From: Candidatus Parvarchaeum sp.
GTDB lineage: Archaea > Nanobdellota > Nanobdellia > Parvarchaeales > Parvarchaeaceae
Reading direction: 5' to 3'
NCBI GenBank assembly: GCA_049965555.1
Contig: JBMFWF010000006.1
Span: 1-52,189 of the forward strand
DNA: 52,189 nt
Shown here: positions 1 to 9,254 of the stretch, piece by piece
Numbering within the stretch: position 1 is the first letter of the stretch
Layout of the letters: each line of letters starts with the position of its first letter
Notes under the pieces: model-generated
Databases searched by the model: none
The model's input: only the letters and a program-made list of their open reading frames with translations
What the model was told of the DNA's origin: nothing
Program-made: the position numbers and the translations under genes

Positions 1-171
1 TGTGAATGTTACGCTGGAACTTGGGTTGAAGATTCCCATTGAATAGAGGATTACAGCAACTATTACTATAATTAGAATAGCCCAGCCGTATGTCATCATG
101 TACTCTAGAGCTGATTGAGATCTCTTGCTTTTTGTTAAAAGAGTCAAGTGCTTATTTGTGTGTGTGAACAT
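1..171 (-). CDS. Class III signal peptide (type IV pilin-like) surface protein, partial (runs off the window start)
   Basis: Manual translation from ATG 171: MFTHTNKHLTLLTKSKRSQSALEYMMTYGWAILIIVIVAVILYSMGIFNPSSSVTFT. KRS|QSALE prepilin motif with +5 Glu and a hydrophobic helix; 34 aa identical to the ORF at 15046-16440. Not in the ORF track. Confidence 0.85.
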   Translation of the reverse strand, partial: MFTHTNKHLTLLTKSKRSQSALEYMMTYGWAILIIVIVAVILYSMGIFNPSSSVTFT

Positions 172-177
172 ATATAT
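157..177. repeat. Dinucleotide microsatellites (TG)5 at 157-166 and (AT)4 at 170-177
   Basis: Read directly from the sequence; lies in the leader of the pilin-like gene. Confidence 0.8.
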
Positions 178-367
178 GAGAATGCTCTGCCTTTTCCTCT
201 TCTTTATTGCTTAAGGCTTTGGATTGCATATTATTTTATATAAAAACAAAGAATATAAATATTTCTTAATTTGAAGGAATTGCCTTTTTTATTGAAAAGT
301 AGAAAAGCACCATTAATCCCAATAAAGATTCTCGCGAATTAAACAAAAAATAAAAACTAAAGGAAGA

Positions 368-784
368 TTACTTCATCCCTTTTATCAGCTTCTGGCCCAT
401 CAAATCTGAGTAAGTGACCTGCGCACCTTCTTTCATCTTGTCTTTTAATTCATCTGGTATATCTGCGTCAAAAACTTCATATGATTCCATATCCATTAAT
501 TGTGCTTTTCCATCATTGAGGCTTATGACCTGCGCTACTCTTTTCTCTATTATTGGAATCTTAGCCCTGTCCTCGGCAGACATTACAAAAACCCTTTTCT
601 TGCCGTCTATGACTCCGACAGCTTCGACCCTGGCCTTTGCATGCCCGTGCTTTCCTGGAGCACTCAGTGCTATGTCCGTTATTTTGCAGATAAACTGGTC
701 ATCTACTAAGATGGTGTCTCCCTTTCTTAATTCATTTATACCGGCAACTTTGAAATCCATACTTCTGTTTACTATTTTTAGCAT
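368..784 (-). CDS. eif5a: Translation factor aIF5A (start may be ATG 760)
   Basis: Hypusine-site motif PGKHGHAK; C-terminal AQLMDMESYE OB-fold segment. Confidence 0.95.
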   Translation of the reverse strand: MLKIVNRSMDFKVAGINELRKGDTILVDDQFICKITDIALSAPGKHGHAKARVEAVGVIDGKKRVFVMSAEDRAKIPIIEKRVAQVISLNDGKAQLMDMESYEVFDADIPDELKDKMKEGAQVTYSDLMGQKLIKGMK

Positions 785-869
785 ATAAATATTGCTTTTT
801 TATGGATTACGTAAAAATCCTAAATATAACCACTAAGAAAATATTTAAATATAGTACGTACGATAATCA

Positions 870-2132
870 TTGATGGATAAAAAAATAGACTATTCTAAGT
901 TAGCCATAGACTACTCAAAAAAGCACGGGGGAAAAATAGAGCTAAAACCTACTGTAAAAATAAAATCATTGAAGGATTTATCAATAGTCTACACCCCTGG
1001 AGTAGCAGCTGTTTCCAACGCAATAAGCAATGACAGCCGCCTATCCTGGAATTTGACATGGAGATGGAATACAATATTTATAATAACAAATGGAACAAGG
1101 GTCCTTGGATTAGGAGATATAGGCCCGCTTGCCTCCTTACCTGTAATGGAAGGGAAATCATTAATATACAAAGAATTCGGCGGAGTAAATGCCGTACCTA
1201 TACCTATAGAAACAAAGGAAGTTGATGAGTTCGTGAATGTCGTAAAAAACATTTCTGTGACTAGCGGAGGCATACATTTAGAAGACATAGAATCTCCTTT
1301 CTGCTTTGAAGTACTTGAAAGATTGCAACAGGAATTGAAGGTTCCTGTATGGCATGATGACCAGCAGGGAACTGCAGCAGCTGCGCTTGCGGGGCTAATA
1401 AATGCTACAAATTTGGCTGACAAAGACTTAAAGAAAAGCAGGATAGTTATGATAGGTGCAGGGGCCGCAAATATAGCACTATTTAGAATACTCGAAAAAT
1501 ATGGAGTTGATACAGGAAACATAATAGTGGGAGACAGCAAAGGTCCGCTCTACAATGGCAGAGACGACATCGAGATAATAAAAGCAACAAATAAGTGGAA
1601 ATATGAAATCATGAAAAAATCCAATAAAGACTCAATTACTAGTGCGGATAGCTCCTTTGAAAATGCAGATATTGTTATTGGATTCAGTAGGGAAGGCGCT
1701 ATAAAACCTGAATGGATAAAAAAGATGAACTCAAAGCCCATAGTATTTGCAAATGCTAATCCAAACCCGGAAATCTCTCCCGAAGAAGCTTACAATGCAG
1801 GGGCTTACATTGTTTCTACCGGCAGATCTGATTACCCAAATCAAATAAACAACAGCCTTATATTTCCCGCTCTGTTTAGGGGTGTACTTGACTCAAGATC
1901 AAGAAAGATAGATGACTATACTGCAATAGCGGCTGCGGAGGAACTTGCAAGGTTCGCAAAGGAAAAGGGGTTGAAAAGAGATTATATAGTCCCAAGCATG
2001 GAAGAAAGAGAAATATATCCAAGGATAGCGGCTGCAGTGGCTGAAGATGCAGTTAAAAGAGGATTATCAGAAATGAAAGAGAGCAGAGAATACTTCTATA
2101 ACAAAGCAAAGAAAATTATTGGTTTAAGATAA
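870..2132 (+). CDS. mae: NAD(P)-dependent malic enzyme
   Basis: YTPGVA, TNGTRVLGLGDIG, PVMEGK, HDDQQGT, GAGAA, ANPNPEI and TGRSDYPNQINN motifs. Confidence 0.93.
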   Translation: MMDKKIDYSKLAIDYSKKHGGKIELKPTVKIKSLKDLSIVYTPGVAAVSNAISNDSRLSWNLTWRWNTIFIITNGTRVLGLGDIGPLASLPVMEGKSLIYKEFGGVNAVPIPIETKEVDEFVNVVKNISVTSGGIHLEDIESPFCFEVLERLQQELKVPVWHDDQQGTAAAALAGLINATNLADKDLKKSRIVMIGAGAANIALFRILEKYGVDTGNIIVGDSKGPLYNGRDDIEIIKATNKWKYEIMKKSNKDSITSADSSFENADIVIGFSREGAIKPEWIKKMNSKPIVFANANPNPEISPEEAYNAGAYIVSTGRSDYPNQINNSLIFPALFRGVLDSRSRKIDDYTAIAAAEELARFAKEKGLKRDYIVPSMEEREIYPRIAAAVAEDAVKRGLSEMKESREYFYNKAKKIIGLR

Positions 2133-2230
2133 ACTAATCATTAACTAATGCACAATTCATTATAATCTTTACAACAAAAATGCTGCGTTATATTTAACTT
2201 TCGAATTTCTGTTTGTTAATACGGGGCAAA

Positions 2231-3412
2231 TCATCTGTATTTATAGCCTATGTCATCGTATGAAAGCAATTTTACAGATGAACTGCTTGCCAATACTCTG
2301 CTTCCTATAACGTAAGTTATCTCGCTTTCTTCCGCCGCCCTTGCTATTTCATCAGTTACCAAACCGTCAAGAACCAGCATGTATATGTTTTCTAGATTAA
2401 GTATCGCATCTTCTACGCCTTTGTAAGGTATCCTGCCCAGGATTTCAAATTTATTGTTTACAAGAAACGCCCCTCTTGTGCCTATTATGTCATTTACCAA
2501 AGGAGTTACTTTCTCTTTTATTTCCTGTGGCACATCAACGGGAGTAGACTGGGCTGGTTTTCTAGGAGCTGCTGACTCTCTTTTAAGAGATGGATCATAC
2601 TCTTCTATAGGAACCTTTGCACGCAGTGCCTGATTTATTTCTTTCTTTGATAACTCTTCTACTTCCGTACCTGATGGAGCCTTTGCTATGAAGTCCACGT
2701 GTCCTTGCTGTATAAAAGAGCTTATTATCATGTCTCCGCCCCTATCTCCATCAACGAACAACGTGACTATTTTCTTCCTGCTTAGTTCAATGACAGTTTT
2801 AGGTATATTTGTACCGTTCATGCCGATCACATTTGAAAAGCCATGTTTAAGCATGTTCATTACATCGGCCCTTCCCTCTACCACTATTATTTCCTCAGAA
2901 TCTTCTAAATCCGGGCCGGCAGGCAACTTTTCAGAACCGTACTCTACAAATTCCTTCTGCCTAACCTCTTCATAAAGCTTCTGCAATAGTTCTGTAGTAT
3001 CCACCTCAGAGGTCTTCATCGCCTCCTCGAGGAGCTGCTGTGCCCTGTTCATTATATACTCTCTTTTTGAAATCCTAACGTCTTCTATCTTATCAACCGA
3101 AACAGTAGCCTTTGAAGGCCCTATCCTGTCGATAGTTTCTATAGCTGCGCCTATCAACGCAGTCTCTGCCATACCTAAAGAGGTGGGTATGGTTATCTCG
3201 CCATTGGTTTTTCCGCCAGCTGATGAGCTTTCTACGTTTATTCTCCCTATTTTACCGTTTTTCTGCGCTTCCCTTAAATCTAATTCTTCACCAAGCAAAC
3301 CTTCAGTCTGTCCGAATACTGCACCGATAACGTCTGGTTTATCAATCAGACTATCGGCGGTAAACTTTGCATGAAGGATATACTTAAAAGAAGTAGGTCC
3401 TATCTTTGCCAT
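2231..3412 (-). CDS. dnaG: Archaeal DnaG-type TOPRIM protein (exosome-associated)
   Basis: KPDVIGAVFGQTEGLLG N-terminus; TOPRIM motifs VVEGRADV and FVDGDRGG. Confidence 0.93.
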   Translation of the reverse strand: MAKIGPTSFKYILHAKFTADSLIDKPDVIGAVFGQTEGLLGEELDLREAQKNGKIGRINVESSSAGGKTNGEITIPTSLGMAETALIGAAIETIDRIGPSKATVSVDKIEDVRISKREYIMNRAQQLLEEAMKTSEVDTTELLQKLYEEVRQKEFVEYGSEKLPAGPDLEDSEEIIVVEGRADVMNMLKHGFSNVIGMNGTNIPKTVIELSRKKIVTLFVDGDRGGDMIISSFIQQGHVDFIAKAPSGTEVEELSKKEINQALRAKVPIEEYDPSLKRESAAPRKPAQSTPVDVPQEIKEKVTPLVNDIIGTRGAFLVNNKFEILGRIPYKGVEDAILNLENIYMLVLDGLVTDEIARAAEESEITYVIGSRVLASSSSVKLLSYDDIGYKYR

Positions 3413-3419
3413 AATTCAA

Positions 3420-3426
3420 CACCTCC
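3420..3426 (-). promoter_or_regulatory. Shine-Dalgarno GGAGGTG upstream of dnaG
   Basis: CACCTCC on the plus strand, 7 nt from the ATG at 3412. Confidence 0.7.
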
Positions 3427-3567
3427 TATTCATTCAAAAAGGCCCACTCAGGCCAAATTGTTAATCGTGATTTAAGGTCTAATAGACCAAAGTCACTTTG
3501 TATGACTTACTATATTATTATTAGACTTTTCAAGGTTTATATAGCTTTCTTATTAATTCTATAAAGT

Positions 3568-4170
3568 TCAATTAACTGCAGAAATCGATACTAAGATCGT
3601 AGAGTTTTCAGTAAGGCCGCTAAAATAGTATTGGTTTGCAGGGCAGGAAGTATTGATCCTGGGGCAACGTATAGTCGTTGAATTGTAAAAGCCGAAAGGA
3701 AAAGTAAGATTTGCATTAAAATTTCCTGTATTTAAAACTTTTATTATCTGCGGCTGCAGCGGCCATTGAACTGTGGTCGTTTGATTTGGAAACAGATTTT
3801 CTATAGTTATTGCATCGCATGATGCTACATTCTTTTCATAGCTTAAGTTTGCTATGCTTGTCGGATAGACTATTCCGGATAAAGGAGAAACGCACCCGGA
3901 AAGATAGCCTATTTCAGAAGTGCCGCCATTTTTCAGTTTAACCAAGAGGTAAAGTTGGCCATTTGAACTGTTGAATACGCTTGTTATGTTTACTATGTCT
4001 ATTGGATAAAATGATTTTGATATGCTTGTAATAGACCAGCTTGTTATCCCTACCGATAATTGCTTTGCATTCCCAGCCGTTAATGCATAGTAAATCAAAA
4101 GGAGTGTAAATAATAGGATGACAGCAAAAACAATGTAAGTGTCTGCTCTTCTTTTATTTTCTTTGTCCAT
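3568..4170 (-). CDS. Hypothetical membrane-anchored exported protein
   Basis: N-terminal TM helix, Asn/Ser/Thr-rich with many N-X-S/T sequons, four Cys. Confidence 0.7.
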   Translation of the reverse strand: MDKENKRRADTYIVFAVILLFTLLLIYYALTAGNAKQLSVGITSWSITSISKSFYPIDIVNITSVFNSSNGQLYLLVKLKNGGTSEIGYLSGCVSPLSGIVYPTSIANLSYEKNVASCDAITIENLFPNQTTTVQWPLQPQIIKVLNTGNFNANLTFPFGFYNSTTIRCPRINTSCPANQYYFSGLTENSTILVSISAVN

Positions 4171-4206
4171 TAATTTACATTGCTGTATCTTATTAAATAG
4201 ATTTAA

Positions 4207-4243
4207 ATATGAAAAGATTTATATATGATAAAATTTTCATATA
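4207..4243. promoter_or_regulatory. Putative ArsR/SmtB operator of the mer operon
   Basis: Palindrome TATATGA-N8-TCATATA at 4222-4243 plus an extra ATATGAA half-site at 4207-4213, overlapping the TATA-like box just upstream of ATG 4247. Confidence 0.6.
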
Positions 4244-4246
4244 AAA

Positions 4247-4768
4247 ATGATGCAGGACATAAAAAAAGTAGTAACCACAAAAAGTTATGCATTGATGTTT
4301 TCAATGATGTTTGCTGCGGTCTTTATTCTCTACTTTTACCTATTGGAAAGCTCTGCAACAGGAATAATAGATTTTGGATCCTTCTATATTTACTTTGATT
4401 TGATTTCAGCCTTTGTAATCTCTTTTTTAATAAGCTTGGTTATAACTATGAACGTTTATTCTTACAAGTTAAAGGCAAAGACGAGCAAAAAGCTGACATT
4501 GAGTTCGGTAGTGGGGGCAATACTTCCAAGCAGCTTGTGCTGCACTAGTATTATACCTTCGTTGCTTGCTGTACTTGGATTTTCAACATCATTTATAGTC
4601 GGAAACACTGGAAAACTGCAGTCAATATTTTCGATTTATGGGCCGCTATTCATTGCGGCTGGAGCTGCAATAGCTTATATTGGCCTTATGCAGATAACGA
4701 AAAACATAAACGCAAGCTGTAAAATAAATCTTTCTAAAGAGAAAGACTGCTGCGAGGTTAAAGAATGA
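4247..4768 (+). CDS. Membrane protein with vicinal Cys pairs, putative Hg(II) transporter (MerT/MerC-like function)
   Basis: About 4 TM segments; SLCCTS in a TM region and C-terminal DCCE; first gene of the merA operon. Confidence 0.55.
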   Translation: MMQDIKKVVTTKSYALMFSMMFAAVFILYFYLLESSATGIIDFGSFYIYFDLISAFVISFLISLVITMNVYSYKLKAKTSKKLTLSSVVGAILPSSLCCTSIIPSLLAVLGFSTSFIVGNTGKLQSIFSIYGPLFIAAGAAIAYIGLMQITKNINASCKINLSKEKDCCEVKE

Positions 4769-5319
4769 AAATAAAGGTAAAATATATTTTATATGCTGCT
4801 ATCATAGTAATAGCATTAGTTTTTATATTAAATTTCTTCGTTTTGAATCATGCAAAACAAAGCAAATACCTCTCAGTTGGCGAGACTGCCCCCAATTACA
4901 CTTTCCAGCTCGCAAATGGGAGCACTCAAAGCCTAAACAACTATGAAGGTAAACCTCTCATTCTTTGGTTCGTAGCGACATGGTGCAGCAGCTGTGCAGA
5001 AGGTAACACTGCAGTAGCAAACAACCTTGCATTTTTCAAAGAGCACAATGTGAAGATATTGGAATTAGAGCAATATGATGACCTTGGGAGCGCTGGAATG
5101 CCTATCTCCAAGTTCATTTCAGAATATGGAAACAACAACACTTACGTAACCGGAGGAATTGCAAGTTATAATATGACCCTGGCGTATAACACTCCTCCAG
5201 AATTCCAATTAGATATCTATTATCTGATAAGTCCTAGCGGAAAGATATTATATATCGGAGAGGGAATTGCAAACGGCATAGGAAACCTTGAAAGCGTAAT
5301 ATCCAAGGATGGTTTATGA
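4765..5319 (+). CDS. Membrane-anchored thioredoxin-fold redoxin (TlpA/ResA-like)
   Basis: N-terminal TM; VGETAPNYT and FVATWCSSC (CxxC) motifs. Confidence 0.85.
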   Translation: MKIKVKYILYAAIIVIALVFILNFFVLNHAKQSKYLSVGETAPNYTFQLANGSTQSLNNYEGKPLILWFVATWCSSCAEGNTAVANNLAFFKEHNVKILELEQYDDLGSAGMPISKFISEYGNNNTYVTGGIASYNMTLAYNTPPEFQLDIYYLISPSGKILYIGEGIANGIGNLESVISKDGL

Positions 5320-5639
5320 AAAACGCGACTGATCTCTTCTTTGATGCATTTGCGAATAAAAACAGATTTGATATACTTATGCAACTGAAAAACAAAGAAA
5401 TGTGCGCAGGAGACCTTCAAAAAATTTTGGGACTGGAACAGACCAACTTATCACATAATCTAAAATGCCTGATGAATTGCAAGTTTATAAGCGTAAGAAA
5501 AGAAGGAAGAAAAAGAATTTACAGAATAAACAATGAAACCAAAGAACTAGTTGATGATATATCGAAGCATGTTAAAAACTATGAAACTTATCTAAAGAGA
5601 TGTGGCATATTGAAGGAGGAAAAAAATGGAAGAATATGA
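5316..5639 (+). CDS. ArsR/SmtB family metalloregulator
   Basis: FANKNRFDIL, QTNLSHNLKCL and RKEGRKRIYRIN wHTH pattern; four Cys. Confidence 0.9.
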   Translation: MKNATDLFFDAFANKNRFDILMQLKNKEMCAGDLQKILGLEQTNLSHNLKCLMNCKFISVRKEGRKRIYRINNETKELVDDISKHVKNYETYLKRCGILKEEKNGRI

Positions 5640-7041
5640 ATATGCAATAATAGGGCATGGTGCTGCTGCATTCGCTGCAGCATTGAAAGCAGATGAAATG
5701 GGAATAAAGACAGTAATGATAGGAAAAAATGAAACTAAGGGAACTTTGCTTGGCGGAACATGTGTAAACGTAGGATGTGTTCCAAGTAAGCGGCTTATAA
5801 CAGTGGGAAACTTTTTAGACAACATTAACAAAAAGAGATTTGAGGGTTTATATTATTCCACAAGAATAGAAAACTTCAATAAGATAATGCGAGACAAGGA
5901 ATTCCTTGTTGGGAGCATGCGCTTCTCAAAATATCAAAAAGTGCTTGGAAAACTTAAAAATGTAAAATACATAAATGGATTTGCAAGCTTTAAAGATAAA
6001 AATACAGTAATTGTCAATGGGCAAGAGATAAGAGCAAAAAGGATATTAATAGCTACGGGCGCAAGAGCAAAGATACCTGCCATAGAAGGCATAGAAAATA
6101 TAAGGTACCTCACAAACGAAGAGGCCCTCTCAATGAAAAAGCTGCCAAAATCAATGATCATTGTGGGAGGAAGAGCACTCGGCCTTGAATTTGCAGAGAT
6201 GTTTGTACATTTTGGAGTGAAGGTGACATTGCTGCAGAGAAGTGATAGAATATTGCCAAATTGGGAGCCGGAAGTAAGCTACTACCTTGAGCAGTACCTT
6301 AAAGAGGAAGGAGTAAACATAATAACAAACGTTAAAATAGACAAAGTTTCAGGATCTAAAGGAACGGTAAAGGTTTACTTTTCGGTTAAAGGAAAAGAAC
6401 GGAGCATAACAGCAGAAGAGATGCTGCTTGCAACAGGAAGAATGCCTAACATAGAAAAATTGAATTTGAATAGAGCAGGAGTAAAATTAAATGAACTTGG
6501 TTTTATAAAAACAGACAAGTACATGGAAACCTCTGTTAAAGGAATATATGCTGCAGGGGATGTAACTGGGGAACCAATGCTCGAAGCATTAGCAGCAGCA
6601 GAAGGTAGTAAAGCGACTGTAAATGCATTCGGCAGCAAAAAACTGGCAATAGACATAAATTCTGTTCCTTCTGCAGTCTTTACATTTCCTGAGGCAGCAA
6701 GAGTAGGTTTAACAGACGAGGAAGCGAATGGTAAGGGGATAAGATGCGCTTGCAGGCCCGTAATGTTCAAGGATTTGGCAAAAGCAGGTATAATAAAGGA
6801 TACTAGGGGATTAATAAAGATGGTTATAAATGCAAAGACGAAACATATATTGGGTGTAGAGATAGTCGGAGAAAATGCTGCGGATTTAATACACGAAGCC
6901 GTATTGGCGGTAAAGTTCAAGCTTACGATAGATGATATAATTGATACTGTGCATATGTTTCCAACTTTAAGCGAGATAATGAAGCTAGGTGCTTTGTCAT
7001 TTTATCACAATGTAGAGGATTTAAGCTGTTGCAGCGAATGA
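5626..7041 (+). CDS. merA: Mercuric reductase (no N-terminal NmerA domain)
   Basis: GGTCVNVGCVPSK redox disulfide, FAD/NADPH folds, C-terminal LSCC pair diagnostic of MerA. Confidence 0.9.
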   Translation: MEEYEYAIIGHGAAAFAAALKADEMGIKTVMIGKNETKGTLLGGTCVNVGCVPSKRLITVGNFLDNINKKRFEGLYYSTRIENFNKIMRDKEFLVGSMRFSKYQKVLGKLKNVKYINGFASFKDKNTVIVNGQEIRAKRILIATGARAKIPAIEGIENIRYLTNEEALSMKKLPKSMIIVGGRALGLEFAEMFVHFGVKVTLLQRSDRILPNWEPEVSYYLEQYLKEEGVNIITNVKIDKVSGSKGTVKVYFSVKGKERSITAEEMLLATGRMPNIEKLNLNRAGVKLNELGFIKTDKYMETSVKGIYAAGDVTGEPMLEALAAAEGSKATVNAFGSKKLAIDINSVPSAVFTFPEAARVGLTDEEANGKGIRCACRPVMFKDLAKAGIIKDTRGLIKMVINAKTKHILGVEIVGENAADLIHEAVLAVKFKLTIDDIIDTVHMFPTLSEIMKLGALSFYHNVEDLSCCSE

Positions 7042-7045
7042 GAGC

Positions 7046-7972
7046 TCAGTTTACTACGTCTTCTAACAGCTCGATATAAGGCTCATCACTTGATATCCTT
7101 ATTTTCGAGTTTAAAGGGATGAGCATCTGATCATCACCATGGCCAAATGGAAGGCCATATAAAGAGGGCTTTTTCAAATCTAACATGTAATCTTCTATTA
7201 TTTCCTCCATAGAAGGCAAAACTTCTTCTGATTTCGGTATATCTGTAAAATCACCAAATACGAAGCCATTGAACTTATCCAGCGCCTTGGCCAATTTCAG
7301 CCTAAAGAGATACCTGTCAACATCACCAGAGGTAGTAGCTATATCCTCAAAAAAAGCTATCTTCCCCCTTGTATCAGGCATGTAGTCAGTTCCTATCAGC
7401 GAAGCAAACAAAGATATATTAGTTCCCTCACTTATTCCTTCAATCTTTCCAGGCACTATATACTTGACTACCCTATTTATATTGCTTGCTATGTCTTTTG
7501 ACTCTCCTTTTAAGACTGAAAGCACATTTTGAAAAGAAGGCTTTCTTATTTCATCTGCATCTACGCCCGGCATTGGCCCATGAAATGTAATCAGACCAGT
7601 TAATTTATGTATTGCAAGGTGTAAAGCAGTTATGTCGCTGTACCCTATAAAGATCTTTGGATGTGATTTTATAGAGTCGTAGTCTATCTCTGGCAGTATC
7701 CTCATTGAGCCATACCCTCCTCTTGCACAGAACACTGCATCTACAGAATCATCTTTAAATGCATTGTTAAGTTCCGCTGCTCTATCCTTATCAGGAGCTG
7801 CTAAATCAGCTCTCTGAACCAATCTTCGTAGGTTCTCTCCTAAAGATACCCTAAAGCCGAATTTCTTGAGAAGAGATATGCTGGTTGACAGCACCTTTAA
7901 ATCTGGAGGACTGGCAGGAGCGATTATCTTTATGTTTGCATTTGCCTTTAACTTTGGTGCTTTTATTGCCAT
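7046..7972 (-). CDS. Peptidase S66 (LD-carboxypeptidase/MccF family)
   Basis: IIAPAS, ARGGYGS, GYSDIT (Ser), FFED (Glu) and FGHG (His) triad motifs. Confidence 0.9.
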   Translation of the reverse strand: MAIKAPKLKANANIKIIAPASPPDLKVLSTSISLLKKFGFRVSLGENLRRLVQRADLAAPDKDRAAELNNAFKDDSVDAVFCARGGYGSMRILPEIDYDSIKSHPKIFIGYSDITALHLAIHKLTGLITFHGPMPGVDADEIRKPSFQNVLSVLKGESKDIASNINRVVKYIVPGKIEGISEGTNISLFASLIGTDYMPDTRGKIAFFEDIATTSGDVDRYLFRLKLAKALDKFNGFVFGDFTDIPKSEEVLPSMEEIIEDYMLDLKKPSLYGLPFGHGDDQMLIPLNSKIRISSDEPYIELLEDVVN

Positions 7973-8042
7973 CTTATAAAGAGAAGATTGTAAAATTAAA
8001 GCTTTTTATAATAGATATTTTCTTAAAAGACTTTAAGATTAT

Positions 8043-9254
8043 ATGCAAACCTTAATACTAGCAGCGGGCGAATCATCGAGATTTTGGCCTTTCTCCGAGA
8101 TTTGCCACAAGTCGCTTTTGAGAGTGGGAGACAAAACACTACTTGAACAGACTTTAGAAGGCTTGAAAGGCAGCGAAATCATACTTATTGTAAACCCAAA
8201 AACGAAATTGAGCGATGAAATCACAAAAAACAAGAACATAAAAATAGTCATGCAGGAAGAACCGAAAGGGATGGCCGATGCAATAATAAGATCAAAGGCT
8301 GCAGTAAAGGGCGATTTCCTGGTCATAATGCCTTATTATGTAAACATAAAGGATTACATCCAAAAATTAAACAAACTAACCGCACCTGCAGTAGCAGTAA
8401 AAAAATACGTAGAGGGGGATGAAAAAACGCATGGCATCGCAAAAATAGAGAAAAACAAAATAATAGAGATAAGAGAAAAGGAGAAATTTGAAGGAGCAGA
8501 TTATTCTATTGTTGGGATGTATAAACTCAATAAAGACATAATTGACCAGCTGGAAAGAACACAAAATTCAGAATATAAGTTTGAGGATCTGCTTGATAAA
8601 ATCGCAAAAACAAAAGGGTTAAATTACTTTGAAGCGGAAGACCTGCCTTCTTTGAAGTATGTAAGTGATTTGCTGTCAATCAAAAAATTTGTTTATTTTA
8701 ACTTAAAACAAAAAAGCAAAAGTAAACCTGCAAAGAAAAATAATATATTCATTGAGAATTCTGTTATACTCGGAAAAAATGTGAAGATTGGCAATAACGT
8801 GTCAATAAAGGGTGAAACTTATATAGGTGACAATTCATTCATAGGAGATAATTCATTAATAAGAGACAGCATAATCGGGGAAAACACGGAAATAGGTTTT
8901 GGAACGGAGATTGCAAGATCTATAATAATGGATAATACGCATATACACAGCGGCTTTGTAGGGGACAGCATAATAGGGCAGAACTGCCGACTAGGGGCTA
9001 ATTTTATAACCGGAAATCGAAGGATTGACAGAAAAGGCATAAAAATAGATATCAAAGGAGGGTATGACACGGGATTAACTCGTTTGGGAGTAATAATGGG
9101 TTATGATGTAAAGACAGGCATAAATACCTCGGTTATGCCAGGCACCTTAATAGGAAACAATTCAATTATAGGATCAAATACCGAAGTTAAAGGAAAGGTG
9201 GAATCGAATAAACTGGTTTACAGTAAAAAGGAAAACGTAGAAAAAGACATATGA
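8043..9254 (+). CDS. Bifunctional sugar-1-phosphate nucleotidyltransferase/acetyltransferase (archaeal GlmU-like)
   Basis: LAAGESSRFWP NTP-transferase motif, QEEPKG, C-terminal hexapeptide left-handed beta-helix. Confidence 0.85.
   Translation: MQTLILAAGESSRFWPFSEICHKSLLRVGDKTLLEQTLEGLKGSEIILIVNPKTKLSDEITKNKNIKIVMQEEPKGMADAIIRSKAAVKGDFLVIMPYYVNIKDYIQKLNKLTAPAVAVKKYVEGDEKTHGIAKIEKNKIIEIREKEKFEGADYSIVGMYKLNKDIIDQLERTQNSEYKFEDLLDKIAKTKGLNYFEAEDLPSLKYVSDLLSIKKFVYFNLKQKSKSKPAKKNNIFIENSVILGKNVKIGNNVSIKGETYIGDNSFIGDNSLIRDSIIGENTEIGFGTEIARSIIMDNTHIHSGFVGDSIIGQNCRLGANFITGNRRIDRKGIKIDIKGGYDTGLTRLGVIMGYDVKTGINTSVMPGTLIGNNSIIGSNTEVKGKVESNKLVYSKKENVEKDI

Noticed and set aside
5626-7041. Dihydrolipoamide dehydrogenase
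   Set aside because: The C-terminal SCC pair, FPTLSE instead of HPTxxE, and the ArsR context indicate MerA.
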